Source: Gracilinanus agilis
Taxonomy: Eukaryota
Reading direction: 5' to 3'
DNA length: 64,000 nucleotides
NCBI RefSeq assembly: GCF_016433145.1
Contig: NC_058134.1
Span: forward strand, 282,531,542 to 282,595,541
The notes under the pieces are model-generated. The model saw only the letters and a program-made list of their open reading frames with translations, did no database searches and was not told where the DNA came from. The first letter of the stretch is position 1, and every line of letters starts with the position of its first letter. Below are positions 1 to 10,478 of the stretch, one piece after another. The position numbers and the translations under genes are program-made.

Positions 1-810
1 GCTGGGGGCGCTGCGGGCCTGGCGGCTGGCGGTTGCTGCTGCTGCTGTCGTAGCCGCGGCCGCGGGGGCTGAGCAGGGGGGGGCGCTGCCTCCTCCGGGG
101 CGGCGGGGGGCGCTGCGGGCCGGGCGGCGGGGGTGGCCCGGGCCGGCACCGAGCTCGGCGAGGCGGATGGAGAGTCTGGCCGAGCCCGGCGGTGCCGCCT
201 CCTCGTCGGGCTGGGGACGGCGGGCCAAGGCCTTTGTGTAAGGAGGAGGAGGCGGCGGCGGCGGCGGCGATGGTGCTGTGTGCCCCGCAGAGCCGGGTAA
301 GCAAGTCCGGGCCTAGGCCCAGCCCCCGCCCCCGCCCCCGCTGGGGCCTCTCTTCCCTCTCCTGGGTCCTGGGCACGGCCGCGTCCGGTCCCTTCGCAGG
401 CCCTCCCCCCAACCCCCACCTCCGGGCTGCTTTGTGGCTCTGCGGAATGCCCCGGAATGGTGCGCGGTGGTGGGTCCTCCTGTGAGTGTCCTTTGAGAAG
501 GCAGCCCCTCACCCATTCTTTCCCCCCACCCCCACCCCCGAGGATGCTCGGTCTGGCGGCCGCTGCACAATGCCTGGGCCCCAGGAAAAGTTGGGACCCC
601 CCCCCCCAGCTTGGGGAGCGTTCCAAGGGGAGCACGATCCGGCGCCTGCACGTAATTACGAGCGGATCCTGCAGGCCAGGCTGGGTTCCCCGAGCAGAAA
701 AGGAGGGATGCTGGAAAACTTTTCTCCAGCCTGTGCCCACTGTTAGCCGGAGATCCCGGTGGCCTAGGTGGCTCAGAAACCGGCTGAAGGCTGGAAAAGG
801 GCGCTAGGAC
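1..810 (+). promoter_or_regulatory. ZBTB39: CpG island / promoter and first exon region of ZBTB39 (truncated by window start)
   Basis: Very GC- and CpG-rich, with GC boxes and a (GGC)6 run at 251-268. Composition drops abruptly to AT-rich after about 810. Confidence 0.85.
297..302 (+). promoter_or_regulatory. ZBTB39: 5' splice donor of ZBTB39 exon 1 (CGG|GTAAGC)
   Basis: Near-consensus donor. Best downstream acceptor is the pyrimidine tract ending TCTCCAG at 1507; alternative AGs end at 1524 and 1592. Confidence 0.65.
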
Positions 811-1603
811 GTGGTCCAGAAATCGTGTTAAATGGCCAGCTCCAAGCTGGACTTGTTTGCTTGACTTTTACCTAATAGTGGATCTTTAAGGCTTTTAACA
901 TCACAGAAGGCAAGAAGTGCGGTGGCCCGATGGTGGAAGCAAAAGAGAAGTTTGGGTAGTTGTTAAAAGCTTAGAAAAGTGGGGAGAATGGAAGGAAGTC
1001 AGAAAATTGTAGGAGCTGATAATAGGGCTGAAGACACAGAGCTGTGAGACAAAACCAAGAGATGGAAGGCCTGTAGTTTTCTTGAGTTGTGCTGAATTGT
1101 TTGGAAGGCAGTAGGTAATATTAGGGGGAAAATAGTTTATGGAGATAAAAGAAACTGTTTAGGAGAAGATGGGATGAAATAAGGAACATTTGAACTTACT
1201 GATTTGGGAGTGAAATTAAATACTGTATTAGAAGAAATGTTCTTGACTGCTTCTTATGGGACAAAGCCCACCTACGGCTATTTTTGCCCTTTGCTTGACT
1301 AGCCCTCTGTCCCTGCCTTGACAAATCTAGAATCTATGTATTTGCCAGCAACTGTTGGATTTTGGACGTGGTAAGTAGCACTCTTTTGTCACAACTACCA
1401 TCCTTTTCTCTATAGCATAATGTAGTCCCTTCCATCACCCTGCCAAAACTCTAAACACACTGAGGCTTTGAAGTGATGAGATTGATTTGTGATGTTTTCT
1501 TCTCCAGAGCCCTTTGCCCTGCAGACGGTTGGACATCTATCTTCTCATCCTGTCCACTGATTAATGGTGCTGATAAGGTTGAAACTTTATAGGATCTGCT
1601 AAA

Positions 1604-3745
1604 ATGGGCATGAGGATCAAACTACACAGCACCAATCACCCCAACAATTTACTGAAGGAGCTCAACAAGTGCAGGCTCTCAGAGACCATGTGTGATGTTA
1701 CCATTGTGGTAGGAAGCCGCTCATTCCCAGCTCACAAGGCTGTCCTTGCCTGTGCAGCAGGTTACTTCCAGAACCTTTTCCTGAATGCAGGGCTAGATGC
1801 TGCCAGGACCTATGTAGTAGACTTTATCACTCCAGCCAACTTTGAGAAAATCTTGAGCTTTGTGTACACGTCAGAACTCTTCACTGACTTGATTAATGTG
1901 GGCGTCATCTATGAGGTAGCTGAGCGTCTGGGCATGGAAGACCTCCTTAGGGCTTGCCACTCCACTTTCCCTGACCTGGAGAGCACAGTTGTGACTAAGC
2001 CCTCAACCAGCTCCAGTGAAGGCCGATCTAGCACCCAAAGCAGCACTTCAGCAGAACCAGCTCATTCCCTTGGAGAACTCCGGAGTGTTGGAGACCAGTT
2101 TGGTCCTGACAGGAACTACATCTTACACAGTGATGTTGGGTTAAGCTATAAAGAGGAGAGGAATCCTTCCAGTGACAACCATGGTCTGCCTTTGTTACAC
2201 CAGCCACCCCCACCTAAGGCAGAAGAGCATGATGCCCCTGGCCCATTCTCTTCAGTCACTAGTATGGTAGCTCAGCCAGGCCTTGGAACCCTCGGTATAG
2301 GCACATCAACTAACTCAAGCTCCTTCCAGCCTTTCAAAATTCAGAGCAATGGGGACTTTGTCAAAAATAGCTACTTTTCCCCTGATAACCCTTTGGATAT
2401 CTCCACTGGGAGTAACTCCTGTCCAAGCAATAGTGACCACTCCAAAGATCAGGGCTTTGGACAAATGGATGAGCTGCAGTTGGAGGAACTTGGGGAAGAT
2501 GACCTGCAGTTCGAAGATCCTGGAGAAGACCTAGTTCCAACAGATGAAGTGATAGAGTTGAGTGACGACAGTGAGGAGGAGTTAACATTTGGAGAGAACG
2601 AAACCCGGGAGAGTAAGGCCATGCCCTGCCAGGTGTGCAAGAAAGTGCTGGAGCCCAACATTCAGCTGATCCGGCAGCATGCTCGGGACCATGTAGACCT
2701 GCTGACAGGCAACTGCAAGGTCTGTGAGACCCACTTCCAAGACCGAAACTCAAGGGTTACCCATGTCCTGTCTCACATTGGCATTTTTCTCTTCTCCTGT
2801 GATATGTGTGAAACCAAATTCTTCACCCAGTGGCAGCTGACCCTTCACCGAAGGGATGGAGTATTTGATAACAATATTATTGTTCATCCTAGTGATCCAC
2901 TGCCTGGGAAGCTTGGTCTTTTTGTTGGGGGGACTAGCCCAGAGCTCAAATGTGCTGCTTGTGGGAAGGTGCTGGTCAGAGATTTCCACATGGTCCGGGG
3001 CCACATTCTAGACCATTTAAACTTGAAGGGCCAAGCCTGTAGTGTTTGTGACCAGCGTCACCTCAGTCTCTGCAGCCTCATGTGGCACACACTTTCTCAC
3101 CTGGGCATTTCTGTCTTTTCATGCTCTGTCTGTGCCAACAGCTTTGTAGACCGGCACCTTTTAGAGAAGCACATGGCTGTTCACCAGAGCCTGGAAGATA
3201 CGCTCTTCCACTGCCACTTCTGCAGCCAGAGCTTCAAGTCAGAGGCTGCATACCGATACCACGTTAGCCAACACAAGTGTAGTGGAGGCAGCAGCCTTGA
3301 TTCCAGACCTGGTTTTGGAGATCGATTACAGCATCCAGCTTTCCAGAAGCGGAAATTGCCATCAGATGAGTTCCTGAATGAGGAACTAGCCCTCCAGAGC
3401 CAGTCTGGGAATAGCAAGTATAGTTGCAAGGTGTGCGGCAAGAGGTTTGCCCACACAAGTGAGTTCAACTACCATCGGCGAATACACACAGGAGAAAAGC
3501 CCTACCAGTGCAAGGTGTGCCATAAATTCTTCCGTGGCCGTTCAACCATTAAATGCCATTTGAAGACACACTCGGGTGCCCTCATGTACCGCTGTACAGT
3601 CTGTGGCCACTACAGCTCTACTCTCAATCTCATGAGCAAGCACATAACTGTGCATAAGGGCAGCCTTCCACCTGACTTCACCATTGAGCAGACATTCATG
3701 TACATTATCCATTCCAAAGAGGCGGAGAAGAACCTGGACAGCTGA
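1604..3745 (+). CDS. ZBTB39: Zinc finger and BTB domain-containing protein 39 (713 aa, single coding exon)
   Basis: N-terminal BTB/POZ domain (CDVTIVVGSRSFPAHKAVLAC), acidic linker and multiple C2H2 fingers with an HTGEKPY linker. Start MGMRIKLH in strong Kozak context; adjacent to GPR182 as in human. Confidence 0.97.
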   Translation: MGMRIKLHSTNHPNNLLKELNKCRLSETMCDVTIVVGSRSFPAHKAVLACAAGYFQNLFLNAGLDAARTYVVDFITPANFEKILSFVYTSELFTDLINVGVIYEVAERLGMEDLLRACHSTFPDLESTVVTKPSTSSSEGRSSTQSSTSAEPAHSLGELRSVGDQFGPDRNYILHSDVGLSYKEERNPSSDNHGLPLLHQPPPPKAEEHDAPGPFSSVTSMVAQPGLGTLGIGTSTNSSSFQPFKIQSNGDFVKNSYFSPDNPLDISTGSNSCPSNSDHSKDQGFGQMDELQLEELGEDDLQFEDPGEDLVPTDEVIELSDDSEEELTFGENETRESKAMPCQVCKKVLEPNIQLIRQHARDHVDLLTGNCKVCETHFQDRNSRVTHVLSHIGIFLFSCDMCETKFFTQWQLTLHRRDGVFDNNIIVHPSDPLPGKLGLFVGGTSPELKCAACGKVLVRDFHMVRGHILDHLNLKGQACSVCDQRHLSLCSLMWHTLSHLGISVFSCSVCANSFVDRHLLEKHMAVHQSLEDTLFHCHFCSQSFKSEAAYRYHVSQHKCSGGSSLDSRPGFGDRLQHPAFQKRKLPSDEFLNEELALQSQSGNSKYSCKVCGKRFAHTSEFNYHRRIHTGEKPYQCKVCHKFFRGRSTIKCHLKTHSGALMYRCTVCGHYSSTLNLMSKHITVHKGSLPPDFTIEQTFMYIIHSKEAEKNLDS

Positions 3746-6474
3746 TTGGGCTACATTAGACCTGAGGGCTTGGTCCCAAAAAGTAGCCAGGATGTTGCTT
3801 TTCCAATGGCCTGTTGGCCCCTGACTGAAGTTACATTTTGCCTTGCTAGGAATTCCAATTCACATTGTGTTAAAGGAAGAAAGGAAAGAAATAGCACACA
3901 AACTGAGAAATCATTTTTGAGAAGCAATGACCCTACCATGTTTACCTCCACACCTGCTCGTGGCCAACAAAGGTCACGTTTTTGGTTCTTTAGGGAGCTG
4001 GGATTGTGATCTAGTAAGAGACAGAAATTGATTTCAACTAGGTCCTTACTCCCCAGACTCTCTAGTTTTAGTTCACTGTTAGGTTTTATGCTGCTAAGAA
4101 TCCAACCCACAGCCTCAATGAAAAGGGGAGGTGAGAAGAAGTCTTCAAACTGCTTTTTAGTTTCACTGTAGGCATTACCACAGCTCTGTGGCCTCCATCA
4201 GGATTAACTAGTTATGAGGATCATCTCAGAAATATGATCATTCAGAAAATCCAACTAGTCAGGACATCCCACCTCAAATTCTGAGTTTTAGCCTTTAAGA
4301 TGTGGTATTAGCCTGCCACACAGACTTACCCAAAGTTCCTTCGAGCATTAAAAGCAGTTGGACAAAAGGAAGAACCTTTGAATTGAAGCAAGAGCTTTGG
4401 TTAGAAAAAGGAGTAAGGCAGAAAATTTAAGTATGGTGATACCTAGCCCAGAACAAGTTATCCTGTAGAGCCATTTGAAATCTGGGTGTAGGTGTGGGCA
4501 GTAAGGTGGATTTCTTCCCTCCTCATTTCCAAAGAAAAATGGTTTTAGGGCAGGCCAGCCAAGGCTTTCAGGACGTCCTCAAGGGGACAGGGATAGCAAA
4601 CCACCCTAACATAAAACATCTGTTACTCCAATCCCCTCTGTCCATCTAAGGGTATGAGAGAATGAACCTTGGGCACCCTGGGGAGAGGTTGTAACATTTC
4701 TGTCAGCAGTAACCTTGCCTTAATTTTCACCCAGTCTCCTGCCCAAAAGTGTATTGTCTTGGCCCATAGTTAAGATGGGAAAGAGACCATATTGTGAAAG
4801 GGTGCTTTGTCCTGTAAGTCCTTCCAAGTTGATGGGACCTGAATAATATTGGCATTTTGTTGGTGGGATGTAAGTCTTTACTGCCTGTTTTAATCAGGTA
4901 ACACTTTTTTGGGTTTCTTTCTTTTTACATGTACTCACAGGCAGGAGGCAAGTAGTGCTAAAGTAGCCCATCTTTTACTTGCTGGAGTTTATCTTGACCT
5001 GTCATTGTATCACCCCTAGAGGATACTATTGGATGGACCTACTAGTCCACACACAGAAACTGGCTGATCCTCTTTTTATTTTGTTTATGAAAGGGTCATG
5101 CCCAAAGAAGGAGGGAGGGAGGGATCCCTCTGAACTTGATCTTGCATGTTCACAAGGTAGCACCCTCATCCAGAGTTGCCCTCAGTAACTCATACTACCT
5201 CACCCAGAGCAGATGCACTGGGAGTTCACAGCCACAGCCCCACACACTGCCACCTGTGTGAACTTGGCAACGCCCAGTGCCATTTCACAAGCAAGTGATT
5301 TTAATTAACTCTTAAAGCCTTTTTTAAACTTTAATATTTATTATTTTTGTATACAGATCATCCAGCATCTGCTTTGTATGACATTTCAGGAAAATGAGGT
5401 TCCCAGCAATGAGTGGCCACAGCCTAGGAAATAATTCCTATCCAGGGATTTTGGTGACAGGGGCACGACCCAACAGAGAATAAGCCAAGTAGGTCTTAAC
5501 CTAGCCTAATCTACACTGAGATGTGCCCTTCTCCCACAAATAGAGGGGAATCATTTCCCTTTCCCCAAATAGATTCCTCACTAGGATAATAATCCTAGAG
5601 AGTATTTTCAACAATGGCCTGACCTAAGGAATCTGGGAACAAAGAACGCCCTAATAATGGAAACTTGTTAGCTTCCTAATTCTTTCATCTCTCTTCCCAA
5701 ATCCCCAGGCAGAGTTATCCAAGAAATGTTTTAAAGAAGGCAGAAGACTAGGTTCAGTGGGCCAGTGATTTCTTGGTGGACAGCTTTGAACCCCTTCCAA
5801 ATTAGGAAGTTGTCATTTTCCTGTTAATTTAGAGCAAGATGGGCAAGCCAAAGTTCCCCATTGACTGACTTGCTGATTCTTTGCTTCAAGGTGCTGTTGT
5901 TTTTAAATGGAGCCCCCTTTCCTAGCCCTGAAACAGCAAAAGCAGTATCTTACTCAGAAATAGAACCGCTCTTTCTCCATAGTGTCTGTGAAGGCAATTG
6001 GGATATAGTAGTGAGGAGACATGAACAGAAGCCATTGTAGGTCCAGTTTCTACTATCTACCACCAACCTGTTGGAGTCTTCCTTGATAAACTTGACAATG
6101 AAAATTGAACTGATAGTGCCTGTTGTTAGCAGGCCCTTCCTTTTCCCCCTTCCCCTTCATCATGACAAATATAAGAGATTAATGTGATGTAAAAATTAGA
6201 GCTGGTCAGGCATCCACCAAACTTGTCTACCCTGAGTAAGTTTCTCTCCCTGGTATGCCCCCCCCTCTCTCTTTACCTCCCCCTCCAACCCCCAGCAGCA
6301 GTTGGGAAGTAAGTGATTTTTAGATGGTGGGATTTAGAAGAAGCAATACTAACTAGGGCCTAGTCAAAGAGACATGCTAGAAAAACCCTTTCCTTGTATC
6401 TAAGAGCTTGGGTGCTGAGTGGTCTGTGAATTTTAACTGAAGCTGTGAAGTTTTTGTTTTCTTTTAGTAAACCA

Positions 6475-6480
6475 AATAAA
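6475..6480 (+). terminator. ZBTB39: Possible proximal polyadenylation signal in ZBTB39 3'UTR
   Basis: AATAAA after a U-rich stretch. No transcript evidence. Confidence 0.35.
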
Positions 6481-7785
6481 AACACATCCCAGAAGCTTTT
6501 TTCCTAAAACACTAAGCAAAAGACTGTAGTCCCTTATTCCTGGCCTAAAGCTAGGAGGAAAAACCACCCCTGCAGCAGTCCTTCCCTACCAAAAGGGTGG
6601 TGTTTATGTGTACTCAGTCCCAGTCAGACATGTAGCAGCACCAGTAGCTAGTGAGACTTCTTAACCAAATCCCTGTGCTCTGTGCTTTCCCATATTCATT
6701 CTTGGACCTCTTCTTTTGTGTTTGGGGCTTTCTATTTTCTCTGCCTTCCAGCTCATCTTGTTCTGAACTGGCTATTATAACACTATAATCTTGTAGCAAG
6801 GGATACTCTAGTAGATTTTTTTTTCTGTTTGGAGTCTGGTTTATAGCTTTTTAATTCATTTGGCTTTTTTATCCCCTCTTCTCCTTGGAACATAGTATTC
6901 TCTCCTCATGTGCTGTCTAGTCTCTCTTTGACCTTGAGTCTACTCTGTTCCTCTTCCTAAGCCCTGTCTTGCCAAACCCAGATTCTAGGTTTGGAATTTA
7001 AGAAGTCTCCGTCCCCATAGCTGGTTAGGAATAGAGGCCTAGTCAAGTCAGGCCCTTTTCTGGGAGAAAAAGGCCCCTGGAGGGTTTGGAAGAAAGTCAG
7101 CATTCTCCCTGACTTTCTCTCCTGAAATGTGAATGCATCCTCTTTGAGAAAAAGCTTGTGGTACCAGGTACCTTCTCAATTTTTTGCTACTGATAAATTC
7201 TCCCCCAGCCATTTCTCCGGGCCTCTGGTTCCCTATTCCATGGGCTGCTCAGCTTTGGAAATGAAAAATGTTATTTAAAGTTATTTATGTAGATGGACAC
7301 ACTGAATTTTCCAGATGGGGTCAAGGAATCTCAAATGGCATAGAACCCCCCCCCACACACACACACACACAACTCTTCAGCTCTGTCCCTAAATCCTGTA
7401 CTGAGAGGAGCACAGATAGGAAATAGCAACACAGTGTTAGTTTCCACGTGATCACCCATTTTAAAGTCAACATCAGGATGAAAATGAAATTGAATTTTGA
7501 TTTAGATGTTTCCTTAAAATCCTTCCCTCTCCCTACCTGTCCTTCCTTGCTCCTATATCTTAAGGCTCTTTCATAAAGCAGAGAAGAGTTGTCATTGACA
7601 TCTAACCCCTTTCATTAAATTAATTGTAGGTACTGACCTCCTAATATTTAAGTGTTTACTATCTATTGCTGTAAAGTTTTGTATATTTTGTAAACTTTTT
7701 TTCCCAGATAGTAGATGTCTAAAATCGTTGTACATCTGATTCTTTTATACTCCATTGTTCAGCACAAAGTGTGGTTTTTATTTAG

Positions 7786-7791
7786 AATAAA
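7786..7791 (+). terminator. ZBTB39: Likely distal polyadenylation signal of ZBTB39
   Basis: AATAAA ending an AU-rich block at about 7600-7790, at the end of a repeat-poor 4 kb stretch typical of a 3'UTR. Confidence 0.6.
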
Positions 7792-8620
7792 AAAAAAAGG
7801 AAATTTGAGATGTACCTGTGTCCATCCCTTAATATTTGAGAATATTCACATGCTTCTGAACTTGGATTTTGTGGTCTGGGCACCTCATCACTACAGTCAT
7901 ACTTTCCCAGATGAAAAGCCAAAGTGCTTTCAAGTCACATGTTTCCTTTTCCAGTCTCTGGGATTTCCTGTTCAGAATTAGGATGAACTTATTATGTTAA
8001 CCAAATGAGAAAAGAAATAAATGAACCTGTGTTGCCCTGGAAGGATCCTTAATTACATCTTTCACCATCCCATTTGTATCTAGAAAGTTAGCTGCATGTT
8101 AGCCAGGTCAAACGTTGACCGGGAGAAAACTAGTATCGTATAATTACTTAGTTTCTAATGTATAGGTAATATGAACTAAATGGAGAGGAATGTCAAAAGT
8201 AGTTAGAGAGCAGTAGAGGTTTGATTCTGAGGCTGTTAAAAATGTATTTTCAGGAACAAGGAGACAAGCCTCCTTCCAATGTTAAAGTTCATCTCAGAGC
8301 ACTTGAGATCAGGTCTGGAGAAAACTAGATAAAATGAATCCTAATCCCCTGCTATTCCATTAAATGGAACAATACCCCCAATGAATTATGCAGTCCCAGT
8401 GACAACAAATTGCTACATTATTGGTACTCTGAGATTTGCAAGGTCTTGGGGGAAGTGGTCCATGTGATAATCTAAGATGCAATGACCAGCAGTCTAGGAC
8501 TTAGAAGTGTTTACTGGGACAGCTAATAACCAGAGTCCAGCTTAGAGAAGTAATGACATTTTCCTAAGGACCAGGTTTTGGGTTTTCACATAGGAAAAAA
8601 GATTTTTTTTAAGTCTTTTC

Positions 8621-8783
8621 AGGGCCAACTAGGTAGTACAGTGGATAGAGTGCCAAGCTTGGAATCAGGAGGACTTGGTCAAATCTGGCCTCAGCTTAGC
8701 TGTGTGGCCCTGGGCAAGTCACTTAACCCTAATTGCCTGGCCCTTGCCACTCATCTGTCTTAAAACTGATACTAAGAAAAAAA
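8621..8783 (+). mobile_element. tRNA-derived marsupial SINE (SINE1_Mdo-like, older)
   Basis: Core 'gccctgggcaagtcacttaacc' and A tail. TSD AAGTCTTTTC at 8611-8620 and 8784-8793. Confidence 0.85.
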
Positions 8784-9039
8784 AAGTCTTTTCCTAGAAA
8801 TTTGACCAACCCTGAACATTTGGCCTATAGCTAAAGAATATTTCAGAGATTGGCCTGGCAAGCACTAAGGAGATTTACCATGAAGTCTTGGCTACAGATT
8901 ACCAACCATCCTTCCAGGAGGACTCTTAGCTACATCTAATCACATTGGGATACAGGTTTTAATACATCTGGTGAATGGGTTCAGCCTTCTAGAAAGAAAG
9001 CACACAAAACCAAAGTATAAGGATGGTTATTCTAGATCA

Positions 9040-9230
9040 CAGATTCTTAGCCTTCTTTTGGGTTATGGACCTCTTTGACAATCTAGTGAAACTTCTGGAC
9101 CGCTTCTCAGAATAATGTTTTTAAAAAGCATAAAACAAAATACAGTCACAAAGGAAATCAATTACATTGAAACACATTTATCAAAGTACTTTGGAAAACA
9201 AGCTTATGGACTTCAGGTTACAAACTCCTG
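9040..9230 (+). mobile_element. Old hAT-Charlie MITE
   Basis: Degenerate CAGGGGTTCTTAACC-type TIRs. Internal sequence related to the 12062 and 30746 copies. Confidence 0.7.
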
Positions 9231-10278
9231 GAAGAAACATTCTTCTGATTGCTTTAATCAGGGTGAATAGGTGGTTAGGTAGTATGTGCCAGATATTAAA
9301 TTCACAATTGTTCACTTCCCCCGGGGAGAATTGTAAAGCCAGGATTTGCCAAAGGCAGCAGAGACTTAGTCTGATACTTCTGGTTAGCTTAAAAACCTTT
9401 CATTAATACTGATAAAATTACTCAGATTAACTTGACCTTCCCTAAGCTGAGTAGGTAAGTTGTTGATATATGTACACAGAAAAATAAAACATTTGTACAT
9501 TTGTCTTAAAAGGGAGAACAGAATTTAAATGATATAACTGGCCTATGGGTCACAATAGTGAACTTTTCTGATCTATGGCAGAGGAGGACTGGCAAGTAAT
9601 GAAGATCAAGCTGAACTATTTCCAACAGTATTGGAGGGAGAAGTATAATCTTGATATAGCTTCATAGCATTTGCATCAGACTCCAGACTTGTAGGCAGCT
9701 TCCTCATTCTTGTCTCCCCTACCTCTGCCTTACTTATCCTTACACTAAAGATATATAAGCTCAGTTCAAAACACTGAGGCCTTGGGGATATCCTGCTTGT
9801 GGCCTCCCAGCTCCTTGGCCTCTGGCATCCTGTCCTCAGATACAGGATAATTCAATGAATTTAATCTAGATGCACAAATAAAAGTTTGATATTACTGCCA
9901 GGTTTGTCCTTCTTCTGGTCAGGGTGATTGATGGTGTGCTTCCAGCTTCCTTTGTCAAGTCTCTTCCCATCTCCCTGGCCTTTACTCCTTCCCCCACTCC
10001 TTTGAAGTGCCAGTTATTGCAGAGTCAGGGATCCAGATGATTCTCACTTAGGTTCCCTTCTCCCTGCCTATATAGTTGCAGATCTGAAGAATTTTACCCG
10101 ATTCTGAACCCACAGAGAGATCAATTGAATTGGACAAATGGTCCTAACAATTCTATGGACCTGTCCTCCACTTCAGCATATGCTAGAAGCACTTTCTGCT
10201 AATCACTGTACATAAATACCCCCCATCTCTTTCCTTTAAGTTCTTCCTTTTCCCTTTTTTGTTTGTTTGTTTGTTTGT

Positions 10279-10284
10279 TTTATT
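10279..10284 (-). terminator. GPR182: Likely polyadenylation signal of GPR182
   Basis: TTTATT on + (AATAAA on -), about 195 nt past the stop codon. Confidence 0.55.
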
Positions 10285-10478
10285 CCTTTTAAGTCTGGAT
10301 AACTCTTTCACTCCTCAGCAAGAAAGCCTGAAACGGGAATCAGCCAGGGTTGGGCATATCAGATTGAGGGATGGGGAGAGCTGAGATGTTTAGAGTTAAA
10401 GAGGGCGGATGAGGCACATGCCTGAAAGTGTAGGCTGACATGAGGGCAGAAGGAGCCAGCAGGGAGAAAGGGTCCCAT

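Noticed and set aside
192-807. Several 86-116 aa ORFs in the CpG island
   Set aside because: Pro/Gly/Arg-rich products expected from GC-rich DNA; some start at non-ATG codons and run through the splice donor.
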